In this document: positions 9,324 to 18,964 of the stretch, piece after piece | How positions within the stretch are numbered: the first letter of the stretch is position 1 | Layout of the letters: every line of letters starts with the position of its first letter | Source of the DNA: Sedimenticola sp. | GTDB lineage: Bacteria > Pseudomonadota > Gammaproteobacteria > Chromatiales > Chromatiaceae | Direction: 5' to 3' | Length of the DNA: 64,000 nt | Assembly: GCA_027068915.1 (NCBI GenBank) | Contig: JAMOLT010000041.1 | Coordinates: 977-64,976, forward strand | Program-made: the position numbers and the translations under genes | The notes under the pieces: model-generated | What the model saw: the letters and a program-made list of their open reading frames with translations, nothing else | What the model was told of the DNA's origin: nothing | Database searches by the model: none

Positions 9324-10343
9324 TTATTTCCAACCCGCCCGATCCATCAGGCGCACTGCTTCGGCATTGGTTTTTCCGAGAACATCCAGATTCATCCTGT
9401 CCGGCTTGAAGTCGCCCCAGCTCGCCACCAGTGCGCTGATTTCCGCTTCCGGGTTGACCGGGTACTCGAAATTCACCTCTGCATACCATTTTTGCGCCTC
9501 CTTGCTCACCAGAAATTCCAGCAGTTTCAATGCGTTTTCCGGATTTTTCGCGTATTTGGTGATGCCGGCGCCGCTGATATTGACGTGGGTGCCTCTGCCA
9601 TTCTGGTTGGGCCAGAACAGCCCCATGGCCTGTGCGGCCTTCATCTGGGCCGGGCCTTTCTTGTTGGTAAGCATTTTTCCGTAGTAATAGGTATTGGCGA
9701 CAGCCAGATCACATTGCCCTGCCGCCGCGGCCTTGATCTGATCGCGGTCGCCGCCCTTGGGCGGGCGGGCCATATTCCTTACCAGCCCCTTGGCCCAGTT
9801 CTCGGTGGCTTCCACCCCATGGGTAGCGATGAGTGAAGCGACCAGCGATTGATTGTATATGTTGCTGGAACCGCGAATGCATATGGACTTGCGCCATTTT
9901 GCATCCGCCAGATCCTCATAGGTGGACAGCTTGCCGGGGTCAACCCGGTCTTTTGCATAGAAAATCACCCTTGCGCGCAGGGACAAGCCCACCCACTTCC
10001 CATCCGGGTCGCGCAGGTGCTCCGGCACGGCCTGCTGGAGGAAAGGGCTGTTCACAGGGGCCAGCACATCCGCCTGTTTGGCGCGGTACAGGCGTCCTGC
10101 ATCCACGGTGATGAACAGATCCGCCGGCGTGTTGCGGCCTTCATTTTTCAGGCGCATCAGCAGCTTGTCCGCCTTGGCGGTAACCAGATTGGTTTGTATG
10201 CCGGTTTCCGCGGTAAAGCGATCCAGCAGGGGTTTGATCAATTGCTCCTTGCGTCCGGAATACACATTGACTTCGGATGCCAGGGCGTCGAATGAGAGTG
10301 ACAGCAGTATCAGGATTGCCAGGGTTCGGGAGCGTAGTTTCAT
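9324..10343 (-). CDS. fbpA: Fe3+ ABC transporter substrate-binding protein (FutA/FbpA type)
   Basis: signal peptide, VNVYSGRKE, SSNIYNQSL, ANTYYYG (paired Tyr iron ligands), GTHVNISG. Confidence 0.93.
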   Translation of the reverse strand: MKLRSRTLAILILLSLSFDALASEVNVYSGRKEQLIKPLLDRFTAETGIQTNLVTAKADKLLMRLKNEGRNTPADLFITVDAGRLYRAKQADVLAPVNSPFLQQAVPEHLRDPDGKWVGLSLRARVIFYAKDRVDPGKLSTYEDLADAKWRKSICIRGSSNIYNQSLVASLIATHGVEATENWAKGLVRNMARPPKGGDRDQIKAAAAGQCDLAVANTYYYGKMLTNKKGPAQMKAAQAMGLFWPNQNGRGTHVNISGAGITKYAKNPENALKLLEFLVSKEAQKWYAEVNFEYPVNPEAEISALVASWGDFKPDRMNLDVLGKTNAEAVRLMDRAGWK

Positions 10344-10411
10344 TTTGGGTTTGACAGTTTTGGTTCAATAACAGTGATTCAATACTAGCTAAAAATAAAC
10401 GCAATGTAAAC

Positions 10412-10430
10412 AATAATGATTATTATTCAA
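10412..10430. promoter_or_regulatory. Fur box upstream of fbpA
   Basis: minus strand ttgaataataatcattatt matches GATAATGATAATCATTATC at 14/19, ~70 bp upstream of fbpA. Confidence 0.7.
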
Positions 10431-10473
10431 GTTAGCAGGCGGTGCAGGAACAGAAAGTGCCGGGTATGCTGCT

Positions 10474-10908
10474 TTATCCTCCTTTGTTCGCCAGCAGCGC
10501 AGTATTTTTGATACTAGCGATAAAAAAGATGTGAAACAGAAGAATTGCCGTAATGAGAATTTTCAGGAATGTTGCTTCTATAAAAAAGACCACGGATGTA
10601 CCTCCCACAAGAACAATGGTGAGGATCGCCAGTAGCTTTGCTTTTTTGGGAATGCTTCTGGTTTCCTGCCAATTCCTGATCAGTGGCCCGAATATGCGTA
10701 GATTCAGAAGCCAGTTATGGAAGCGGGGAGAAGAGTTGGCGAAGCAGGCTGCCGCCACCAGCAGAAAGGGAGTTGTCGGCAAAATCGGCAATATCAGACC
10801 CAAGGCACCGAGGGCGACGAACACCAATCCCAATGAAGTCAGGATGAAATTTGCTGCCAGATTGTTGCTGGCAGGTTTTGCTTGGTTGTTTCGGGGGTTG
10901 TTTACCAT
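10474..10908 (-). CDS. ybaN: YbaN/DUF454 family inner-membrane protein
   Basis: GLILPILPTTPFLLVAAACFANSSPRFHNWL..FGPLIRNW. Confidence 0.9.
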   Translation of the reverse strand: MVNNPRNNQAKPASNNLAANFILTSLGLVFVALGALGLILPILPTTPFLLVAAACFANSSPRFHNWLLNLRIFGPLIRNWQETRSIPKKAKLLAILTIVLVGGTSVVFFIEATFLKILITAILLFHIFFIASIKNTALLANKGG

Positions 10909-11079
10909 GGCAGTTCCGGTTTTTCTTCATGACAAGGTTTTCCGGTATGCAGCAGGCTGATGGTATCACCGTGTGTGAATATGTTCAGCAATTTTTGCCT
11001 ATGGTGGGTATGACGGCCTTGTTGCCTAGCGAGAATGGCGGCCTGCTGCTTAAGCCGCCATTCTTGTCTCAGTTGTCAG

Positions 11080-11655
11080 TTAGCCTTCATCCTCACCGCC
11101 TGGAGCATCATCACCCGGATCATAGCCTTCCGGCAGGGAGTGAGCGATGCCTTTGTGGCAATCGATGCAGGTATAGCCTTTTTCGATGGCTTCTTCGTGC
11201 CGGTCTGCGCTACGACTTTCCTGACGTTCGAAGTCCATGGAATCAAAATGGTGGCAGTTGCGGCACTCGCGTGAATCTGTTTCCTTCATGGTTTTCCAGA
11301 CGTTTTGGGCCAGTTGCAGCTTCTTCGCCTCGAATTTTTCTACGGTGTCCAGGTCCTTGACAATGAAGTGGTGATACAGCTCTTTGGACGCCTGAATTTT
11401 GCGTATGATCTTGTGGATCCATTCTTTGGGAACATGGCAGTCGGGGCAGGTGGCGCGAATGCCGGTGCGATTGGTGAAGTGAATGGTTTCCTGCAGGTCT
11501 TCATAAGGGCTGTCGCGCATTTCATGGCAGGAAATACAGAATTCCTCTGTATTGGTAATTGCCAGTGCCCAGTTGAAGCTGCCCCATAAAATGATGCCAA
11601 GAATGATTCCGATGACAAGTACAGAGAATGTGCCTTTTTTTTGCCCACTAGTCAT
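11080..11655 (-). CDS. napC: tetraheme cytochrome c NapC/NirT family
   Basis: four CxxCH (CISCH, CPDCH, CRNCH, CIDCH) and an N-terminal TM; start trimmed to MTSGQ. Confidence 0.95.
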   Translation of the reverse strand: MTSGQKKGTFSVLVIGIILGIILWGSFNWALAITNTEEFCISCHEMRDSPYEDLQETIHFTNRTGIRATCPDCHVPKEWIHKIIRKIQASKELYHHFIVKDLDTVEKFEAKKLQLAQNVWKTMKETDSRECRNCHHFDSMDFERQESRSADRHEEAIEKGYTCIDCHKGIAHSLPEGYDPGDDAPGGEDEG

Positions 11656-11717
11656 GATTGGTTGTCCTGATTGGTGTATGGGTAGTATGGAGGCCTCCCC
11701 GGGAGGCCTCATGGTGA

Positions 11718-12170
11718 TTACTTCAAGCCGTCAAAATCGTTCTTGACCAGCGGGTTGGCATCAACCTGAACTGCGTGACACTGGTTGCAGAAGTAGCGGC
11801 GTGAAGAAACCTTTTGCAGTTTTTTGCCATCGCGGCTGAGGAAATGGCTTTCCCCTACCATTGGAGACTTTTCCTTCTTGTGATTCTTCTTGCTGTGGCA
11901 TTTCATGCAGCCATTGTTCTTCAGAGTGATCTTGTACTTGTCTACCTTGTGGGGAACCATGGGAGGTTGTTGCTTGTAGGAACGCTCGAAACCACCTTCC
12001 TGGGAGATCACCTTCTGCTTGATTGGTTTCAGTGACGCCCCGCTAAGGTCTTCGGTGCCGCGAAGGGAGGCGATGTCTTCTTTGGCGGTGACGGTATTGC
12101 CGGCGATCAGTAACAGGCCAAGGGCTGCCAGACTTATGTGGATAATCTTTTTCATCTTTATCTCCATCAA
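11718..12170 (-). CDS. napB: periplasmic nitrate reductase diheme subunit
   Basis: QQPPMVPH, CMKCH, RRYFCNQCH; the start may be MKKII. Confidence 0.95.
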   Translation of the reverse strand: MMEIKMKKIIHISLAALGLLLIAGNTVTAKEDIASLRGTEDLSGASLKPIKQKVISQEGGFERSYKQQPPMVPHKVDKYKITLKNNGCMKCHSKKNHKKEKSPMVGESHFLSRDGKKLQKVSSRRYFCNQCHAVQVDANPLVKNDFDGLK

Positions 12171-12176
12171 CTCAAA

Positions 12177-13085
12177 TTAAACTGTATGTTTGGAATAATC
12201 TTTCGCGGGTTGGATGCCGCTTTTGGATAGATTGGAATAGCGGTTGTTGAACTGGAACACGTCCACTGCACATACATCAATACAGCGTCCGCAGTTGGTG
12301 CACTGGTTTTCCATGATGACTGGGCCAATACCCTTGGCCGCACCTTTCAGTGCCGGTTTGATCACCTGGGGCTCCGGGCAGACATTGAAGCAATCCATGC
12401 AGTCATCACAGGCTTCGCGATTTGTTGCAGAAACCCTGAGCATTGCATGATTGGACAACAGGCTATAAAACGCACCTACCGGGCAGTAGTGACCACACCA
12501 GCCGTCTCTCGAGACCAGTAGGTCGAACAGGAAGATTGCCAGAATCAATACCCATGCCAGCCCCATGCTGAATACAATGCCCCGGAACAGGATGGATACC
12601 GGATTAACCAGTTCCCATACGATTCCCCCCATAAGCAGGGGCAGAACAAGAGTCAAGGCCAGTATCCAGTAACGGGTACTGCGTGATGCATGAGAACTGC
12701 CGCGTATCCTCAGTTTGCGCCGCAGCCAAGCTGCTGCATCCGTTATCATGTTCACCGGGCAAACCCAGGAGCAATAGACGCGGCCACCCACCAGTGCATA
12801 AAAAGCCAGGACAATGGCTGCGCCCACAAAGGCAGTGGTTTCCGGCGTGACGCCGGATATCATTGCCTGCAGCAGGATGTACGGATCGGTCAAGGGAAGG
12901 AAATCAAGGGTCAGGCTGGATGCCAGGTTGCCTTTGACGATCCAGAATCCGAACCAGGGGCCCATGAGGAAGAGAGCCAAGATGCCCAGCTGGCTCATGC
13001 GCCGTAAAATCAACCATTTGTGCGCATTCACCCAACCTTTGGCTTGGATGGCTTCTGTGCCGGCATCTTGGGGCATGTTGGCCAT
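12177..13085 (-). CDS. napH: quinol dehydrogenase membrane subunit
   Basis: GRVYCSWVCP, GWCGHYCP, two 4Fe-4S motifs, TM helices. Confidence 0.96.
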   Translation of the reverse strand: MANMPQDAGTEAIQAKGWVNAHKWLILRRMSQLGILALFLMGPWFGFWIVKGNLASSLTLDFLPLTDPYILLQAMISGVTPETTAFVGAAIVLAFYALVGGRVYCSWVCPVNMITDAAAWLRRKLRIRGSSHASRSTRYWILALTLVLPLLMGGIVWELVNPVSILFRGIVFSMGLAWVLILAIFLFDLLVSRDGWCGHYCPVGAFYSLLSNHAMLRVSATNREACDDCMDCFNVCPEPQVIKPALKGAAKGIGPVIMENQCTNCGRCIDVCAVDVFQFNNRYSNLSKSGIQPAKDYSKHTV

Positions 13086-13957
13086 TATTTGCCCTCCTGC
13101 TTGCGGTTGAGTGTATCCAATGGATTGGTGGAAAAAGGTGACTTAGGCGACTGGCTGTCTGTTTTGCCATCGAGAATCAGCCCTTCACCTTGGAGGTCAT
13201 AACGTACTCCGGCAGGCAGGTTGTACTGGTGCTCAACATCCGGTGTTACCAGTGCCTCTCCGGCCTTTTGTTTCTCCTCCCAGCCGAAACGGTAGTGGCT
13301 GCCCAGTTCCCCTTTCGCAAGATCCAGTGGCAGCACCTTGATGGCTGCTTTTTCCAGAATACAGGCTTTTTCGCATAGTCCACATCCCGTGCAGGCATCG
13401 GAATGCACGATGGGGATGAACAGGGCGTGTTTGCCGGAACGGACATTGGGCTGCATTTCCAGGGAGATCGCCTTGCCCCGAATGGGGCAGACGTTGAAGC
13501 AAACTTCACAGCGCAGTCCCTGGAAGGCGATGCAGTTTTCCTGATCAACAAGAACAGCCAGCCCCATGCGGGACTTTTCAATGTCGGTCAGGGAATGATC
13601 CAGGGCGTTGGTCGGGCAGGCCACCACACAGGGGATGTCTTCGCACATTTCACAAGGCCCGGTGCGGGCGATGAAATACGGTGACCCGGAAGGGATGTCA
13701 TCACCCAGCTGGCCGAGAAACAGGATGTCGAAAGGGCAATCCCTGACGCACAGCCCGCAACGGATGCAGGCGCCGAGGAAATTGTCTTCCGGGAGCGCAC
13801 CAGGAGGCCTGATCGCCAAGGGTGGAAGCGCGTTGGCGCGCTGGGTATAAAAACCCAGGCCAATGCCCATCATACCCACGCTGCAGGCGGTCTTCAGCGT
13901 CGTCGTCAGAAATTGACGCCGGTTGATGCCTTTGTTGCCCTTGTCCGGTTTAGCCAT
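13085..13957 (-). CDS. napG: quinol dehydrogenase ferredoxin subunit
   Basis: Tat motif INRRQFL, RPPGA, CIRCGLCVRDCP and further Fe-S motifs; start trimmed to MAKPD. Confidence 0.96.
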   Translation of the reverse strand: MAKPDKGNKGINRRQFLTTTLKTACSVGMMGIGLGFYTQRANALPPLAIRPPGALPEDNFLGACIRCGLCVRDCPFDILFLGQLGDDIPSGSPYFIARTGPCEMCEDIPCVVACPTNALDHSLTDIEKSRMGLAVLVDQENCIAFQGLRCEVCFNVCPIRGKAISLEMQPNVRSGKHALFIPIVHSDACTGCGLCEKACILEKAAIKVLPLDLAKGELGSHYRFGWEEKQKAGEALVTPDVEHQYNLPAGVRYDLQGEGLILDGKTDSQSPKSPFSTNPLDTLNRKQEGK

Positions 13958-14011
13958 TGTCGCAGTCCAGTTCAGCAATGCAGCCCCCCTTGGCAGGCGG
14001 GCTGCAAACTC

Positions 14012-16552
14012 CTATGCCTTGGTGATTTTCACCGCACACTTTTTATAATCCGTCTCTTTGGAGAGGGGATCTGTGGCGTCAAGTGTGAGCTTGTTGACCA
14101 AGCGCCCGGCATCAAACCAGGGGATGTAAATCAGGCCTTCTGGCGGATGGTTGCGACCGCGCGTCTCTACCTTGCAGGTAATGGTTCCCCGGCGGGAAGA
14201 GATCTTGGCCATGCGCCCGTTACGCAACTTGAACTTTTTGGCATCCTTCTTGTGCATATACACCACAGCATCAGGCACAGCACGATACAATTCGGGAACC
14301 CGGCGGGTCATGGATCCGGAATGCCAGTGTTCCAGCACGCGCCCCGTGCACAACCACAATGGATATTCCTTGTCGGGGGTTTCCGCGGCCGGCTCATACG
14401 GCGCTGTAATGATATTTGCCCTGCCATCCTTCTTGCCATAGAACTGGACGTCTGATCCTTTTGCCACATGTGGGTCATAGCCTTCGCGGAAACGCCATAG
14501 GGTTTCCTTTCCATTGATCACCGGCCAACGGATACCGCGTGCCTTGTGGTAGGCCTCAAATTCAGCCATCTCGTGGCCTTTCTTGGGGATATTCCCGACA
14601 GTGTTGAACAGCCGGTACTCCTCGAACAGCCCTTTTTGCACATAGAAGCCGAAGTGGGCAGACTCGTCGTTATCATACTCGTTGCCCCGGTCGTCGGTGA
14701 TCTTGCCATCGAAGGGGAACTTGTTGACTACGCCGTTCGCGTAGAGAATGTCATACAGGGTCTTGCCCTTATATTCCGGCTTTTTGGCCAGGAGCTCCTC
14801 GTCCCATACGTCCTCAACCTTGATGTATTTGGCGAATTCCATCAATTGCCATACGTCGGATTTCGAATCGCCAGGTGCTTTGGTTTGCTGACGCCAGAAC
14901 TGGGTGCGGCGCTCGGCATTGCCGTAGGCGCCCTCTTTCTCGATCCACATGGCGGTGGGCAGAATCAGGTCGGCTGCCTGAGCGGAGACCGTGGGGTAGG
15001 GATCAGACACCACAACGAAATTTTCCGCTCTGCGCCAGCCGGGATAACTTTCGTCGTTGAAGTTGGCTGCCGCCTGCATGTTGTTGTTGCACATGACCCA
15101 GAAACAGTTCATCTTGCCATCCTTGAGTGCCCGGTGCATGGCGACGGCGTGAATCAGGGTTTTGCCCAGTTTTGGATCCTTGGCGCGGGGAATGGTGCCT
15201 TCGGGCAACTGCCACACTTTCTCTGCAAACTGGCAGTGCGCTTCTTTTTTCACAACCAGATCAGCGGGCAGGCGATGGGTGAAGGTACCCACCTCGCGGG
15301 CGGTGCCGCAGGCTGAGGGCTGACCGGTAAGGGAAAACGGGCTGTTGCCTGGCTCGGAAATCTTGCCCATCAGCAGATGCACGTTGTAGCACAAGCCGTT
15401 GACCCATACGCCGCGGGTGTGCTGGTTGAAGCCCATGGTCCAGTAGGAGGCCACTTTCTTGTTGGGATCTGCATAGGCTTTGGCGAGGCGTTCCAGCTTG
15501 TCCTTGGGTACGCCGGAGAGCTCGGAAGCATGCTCCACGGTATATGGCGCAACAGACTTTGCGTATTCTTCAAAGCTGATTTTTGTCAGCTTGCCCTTGG
15601 CTCGGTTCTTGGCTTTCTTCTCGCGGGGATCGTTGTCGCGCAAGCCATAGCCGATGTCGGTGGGCGTTTTGGTAAAGTTGACGTGTTTGTCGATAAAATC
15701 CTTGTTATATGCCTTCGTCTGAATAATGTAGTTGGCGATATAGTTCAGTATCGCCAGGTCTGTCTGGGGATGGAAGATCATGCTGTTGTCAGACAATTCG
15801 AAGGAACGGTGCCGGAAGGTAGACAGGACATGCACTTCACAGCCGGGTTTGGTGAGCCGGGTGTCTGTAAGCCGGGACCATAGAATGGGGTGCATCTCCG
15901 CCATATTCGCGCCCCAGAGTACGAACACATCAGCATGTTCAAGGTCGTCGTAACAACCCATGGGTTCGTCTATGCCGAAGCCACGCATGAATGCGCCAAC
16001 GGCGGAAGCCATGCAGTGCCGGGCGTTGGGCTCCAGGCTGTTGGTGCGGAAGCCAGCCTTCATCAGTTTGGAGGCGGCATAGCCTTCCCACAGGGTCCAC
16101 TGTCCGGAGCCGAACATGCCGATCCCCTTGGGGCCTTTGTTCTTACGGGCAGCTACAAATTTCTCGGCCATGATTTTGAATGCTTCATCCCAGGAGATCT
16201 CCTCGAACTTGCCATCCTTGTCAAATTTGCCATTTTTCTTGCGCAGCAGGGGTTTGGTCAGCCGATCCTCACCGTACAGGATCTTGGGCAGGAAATAGCC
16301 CTTGATGCAGTTCAGCCCCTTGTTTACCGGTGCATCAGGATCGCCCTGGCTGGCGACGACCTTGCCGTCTTTGGTGCCAATAAGGACACTGCAACCTGTG
16401 CCGCAGTAGCGACAGGCGGCTTTGTCCCAGCGCACGCCATCTTTATCTGTTCCGGCCAATGCCGTCTTGGTTGCAGAAAGAGTGACGCCTGCGGTTGCTG
16501 CGGCAGCAGCTATGGCGTTGCTTTTGATAAAATCTCGTCTAGTTAAACTCAC
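14012..16552 (-). CDS. napA: periplasmic nitrate reductase catalytic subunit
   Basis: GTG start, Tat [16 protein letters not shown] 4Fe-4S, ARHCMAS Mo ligand, DYKKCAVKI end. Confidence 0.98.
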   Translation of the reverse strand: MSLTRRDFIKSNAIAAAAATAGVTLSATKTALAGTDKDGVRWDKAACRYCGTGCSVLIGTKDGKVVASQGDPDAPVNKGLNCIKGYFLPKILYGEDRLTKPLLRKKNGKFDKDGKFEEISWDEAFKIMAEKFVAARKNKGPKGIGMFGSGQWTLWEGYAASKLMKAGFRTNSLEPNARHCMASAVGAFMRGFGIDEPMGCYDDLEHADVFVLWGANMAEMHPILWSRLTDTRLTKPGCEVHVLSTFRHRSFELSDNSMIFHPQTDLAILNYIANYIIQTKAYNKDFIDKHVNFTKTPTDIGYGLRDNDPREKKAKNRAKGKLTKISFEEYAKSVAPYTVEHASELSGVPKDKLERLAKAYADPNKKVASYWTMGFNQHTRGVWVNGLCYNVHLLMGKISEPGNSPFSLTGQPSACGTAREVGTFTHRLPADLVVKKEAHCQFAEKVWQLPEGTIPRAKDPKLGKTLIHAVAMHRALKDGKMNCFWVMCNNNMQAAANFNDESYPGWRRAENFVVVSDPYPTVSAQAADLILPTAMWIEKEGAYGNAERRTQFWRQQTKAPGDSKSDVWQLMEFAKYIKVEDVWDEELLAKKPEYKGKTLYDILYANGVVNKFPFDGKITDDRGNEYDNDESAHFGFYVQKGLFEEYRLFNTVGNIPKKGHEMAEFEAYHKARGIRWPVINGKETLWRFREGYDPHVAKGSDVQFYGKKDGRANIITAPYEPAAETPDKEYPLWLCTGRVLEHWHSGSMTRRVPELYRAVPDAVVYMHKKDAKKFKLRNGRMAKISSRRGTITCKVETRGRNHPPEGLIYIPWFDAGRLVNKLTLDATDPLSKETDYKKCAVKITKA

Positions 16553-16820
16553 GGATTACCTCCTCGTTTAGATCATCTCCACCGTAGTGGTAAATCAAGG
16601 TTGCACTCACTACGCCTGCCAGTGAGTGAAACGTCATCATGGTGTCGCCAGCAGAGCTGTTTTCACTGTCTTCCACTGTGACGATCAGCTTTCCTTCTTC
16701 CACACCCCCGTGAACTTCCACACCGGGGATGCTGTTTAGCTGTGCTTCCACGGCAGAACCATTTTCTGGCCTGGCATGGACGATGCAGCTGCATATGTTC
16801 ATGTTGTTGTCGTTTTCCAT
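16539..16820 (-). CDS. napD: NapA Tat-proofreading chaperone
   Basis: [22 protein letters not shown]; position between napF and napA. Confidence 0.9.
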   Translation of the reverse strand: MENDNNMNICSCIVHARPENGSAVEAQLNSIPGVEVHGGVEEGKLIVTVEDSENSSAGDTMMTFHSLAGVVSATLIYHYGGDDLNEEVIREFN

Positions 16821-16824
16821 AGGG

Positions 16825-17346
16825 CTATTGGGCCTCCGGAATCTCAAGTGAAATGGAATGGTTGGGGCATACGGCAAGGCACTCTCCGCAGCCATTGCAA
16901 AGTTCCTGGTTCAGCAAGGGAGTGGCCCTGCCGCCTGTTTGCAGTTGAAAGTGGATGGCATCGGTATCGCAGGCTTCCGCACAGGAGCGGCAGACGATGC
17001 CGTTCAGGGAGAGACACTGATCATTTACATTGGCGCGGTGGCGCCAGGCGAGGGAAGGGGCGAGCACGGGAGCTTGCAAGGCATTGCTGGTGCAGGCTTG
17101 CAAGCAATCGCCGCAAAAATCACAGCCGGCAGATTGAAAACGGATCTCGGGAAAGCCTCCGGAACCCCGGAACAAAATGCCTTCTTCGCAAGCCTTTATG
17201 CAGTCATTGCAACGGCTGCACAGCGTCACGAAGCTGTTTTCTGTTTGCGCCCAGGGTGGGCGTAATGGTGGTAGTTGGTTGCGTAATTGCCCCCGCAGCA
17301 ACTGCCTTCGGTCTATCTTGATGTTTGCGTCATCCGCTCCAAACAC
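16825..17346 (-). CDS. napF: ferredoxin-type protein
   Basis: RRQLLRG, LRPPWA, four CxxCxxC clusters. Confidence 0.94.
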   Translation of the reverse strand: MFGADDANIKIDRRQLLRGQLRNQLPPLRPPWAQTENSFVTLCSRCNDCIKACEEGILFRGSGGFPEIRFQSAGCDFCGDCLQACTSNALQAPVLAPSLAWRHRANVNDQCLSLNGIVCRSCAEACDTDAIHFQLQTGGRATPLLNQELCNGCGECLAVCPNHSISLEIPEAQ

Positions 17347-17406
17347 ATTTCCTGCCTGATAGTTTAGGTACGGGGGTAATTACATAGGAAAAGCAGGGGA
17401 ATGGCT

Positions 17407-17420
17407 TTGATTAAGGTCAA
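17407..17420. promoter_or_regulatory. FNR box of the nap promoter
   Basis: TTGAT-taag-GTCAA (9/10); at -41.5 it predicts a minus-strand -10 of TGTAAT (17384-17379) and +1 near 17372, 26 nt before napF. Confidence 0.8.
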
Positions 17421-17492
17421 TAATCGTGGGGTAATTGTGACATTTCGAAGGTTGTTGTCCGGATTGGTTTTCCGGATAAGGCGGCTATCGGA

Positions 17493-18365
17493 CTAGCGAT
17501 GCAGATTGATGCGGTCGAAATACCGGCCCCGGTACAGCAGCCGCTGGCTGTTTTCCTCGAACCCTGTGCGGGTGTGCAGCACATTGTTGCAGATCAACCC
17601 CTGCCCGGCGTCCAGGGTGCCTTCTATATAGTAGGGGTTGTCTGTGCTCATGATCTGGCCGAGAAAGTGCACGGCTTCACGGGTCAGCTCGTCGTCTCTC
17701 CAGTGGATATTGCGCTTGCGGTGGGTGTAGCGCATGTGCAGGCTGCCGTCTGCCTGCGGCATGAATACCGGCCCCCGGGACCAGCCGCGCAATTCCTTGC
17801 CATTGACGACATTGGGTGGAATGCTCATGGCCTCGGGATGCTCGAAGGCGTGGATGTAGCTGGGGTTTTCATCCCGGAGCATGATGTACGCGATCTCGTG
17901 GTCCAGCAATTGGTTCATGCCGCCCTGTGTTGCCGGGCGTACGCAGTGCAACAGCAGGCCGTGAATCTGTTTGTCCAGATCATTGTAATAGCCATCCGTA
18001 TGCCAGGCGATGGGGCGGTTGGTGTAGGGGATGTAACTGGCCTGGGGTTCGGTTTCTGCTGCTTCCAGGGAAGAAATGGCGTCGCCGTCGGCGCACATGT
18101 TGTGATCCAGCTGTTGCAATCCGAACTGCAGCCCCAGTTTGCGCAGGATTTCCTTGTCCGGGTCGTCGCCGGTTTTTCCGGCGTAGATGGCCATATTGGT
18201 TTTTTTCAGAATGTCCGCCAGCCTGGTGTGCTGTGCTGCAGTGAGCTTGCGCGGGTCATCGATTTCCACCACCAGTTCTTCCACAGAAGACGGGTAATTT
18301 TGCAGCTTTTCTGCACGCCACCGCTGATAGGTGTTGTCGTCATTCAAATCAAATGGGTTGCTCAT
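17493..18365 (-). CDS. TauD/TfdA-family Fe(II)/2-oxoglutarate dioxygenase
   Basis: AWHTDGYY (HxD), LHCVRPA, NNVLHTR (distal His), downstream Arg. Confidence 0.85.
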   Translation of the reverse strand: MSNPFDLNDDNTYQRWRAEKLQNYPSSVEELVVEIDDPRKLTAAQHTRLADILKKTNMAIYAGKTGDDPDKEILRKLGLQFGLQQLDHNMCADGDAISSLEAAETEPQASYIPYTNRPIAWHTDGYYNDLDKQIHGLLLHCVRPATQGGMNQLLDHEIAYIMLRDENPSYIHAFEHPEAMSIPPNVVNGKELRGWSRGPVFMPQADGSLHMRYTHRKRNIHWRDDELTREAVHFLGQIMSTDNPYYIEGTLDAGQGLICNNVLHTRTGFEENSQRLLYRGRYFDRINLHR

Positions 18366-18961
18366 CCTACCTTGTCCAGTTTGCGGCGCCGGAATGCCAC
18401 GCCTCGTTGTGTCGCCAGTTCTTCACAGGCCCTGATGTCCACGCCATCCAGCCCGTCAATGGCGGTGGCGGTAACTCGGGGTATGTATTTGGGGGCTTCT
18501 TCGAGCAATGCCAGCATGGCTTCCCAGGAGCCGGGAAGGGCGGGCTGGCAGTGCCGCGCATAGGTTTCCGGGTTGTGGGCGTTCATGGAAACGGACAGGC
18601 TGTCTACCAACCCCTGCATTTCCGGCAATACATTGCGCTTGTTCACCAGATTGGCCAGGCCGTCGGTGTTGACCCGGACTGTTCCGCCGTGCTCCTTGAT
18701 CCAGCGGGCAACCTCCAGCAGCACCTTGAAGCGCAAGGTGGGTTCGCCGAAGCCGCAGAACACGATTTCCTCATAGTCTGCGGGATTGCCGATGGCGCTG
18801 ATGATTTCCCTGATCTCCGGGCGATGAGCCAAGCTCAGGTCGAAGTCATGCACAACCGGCCCCTGCTCCGTATGCTTGGGGCAGAATTGGCATTCCAGGG
18901 TGCAGCGGTCTGTAATGTTCAGATACAGATTGTTGCGAATGGGATAGGCGATCAGGTTCAT
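18362..18961 (-). CDS. radical SAM protein, TatD-associated family
   Basis: LYLNITDRCTLECQFCPK (CxxxCxxC), EIVFCGFGEP, RVNTDG; 199 aa. Confidence 0.88.
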   Translation of the reverse strand: MNLIAYPIRNNLYLNITDRCTLECQFCPKHTEQGPVVHDFDLSLAHRPEIREIISAIGNPADYEEIVFCGFGEPTLRFKVLLEVARWIKEHGGTVRVNTDGLANLVNKRNVLPEMQGLVDSLSVSMNAHNPETYARHCQPALPGSWEAMLALLEEAPKYIPRVTATAIDGLDGVDIRACEELATQRGVAFRRRKLDKVG

Positions 18962-18964
18962 GCT

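Noticed and set aside
11690-11710. gaggcctccc/gggaggcctc palindrome between napB and napC
   Set aside because: It has no U-tract and is an ordinary intra-operon hairpin.
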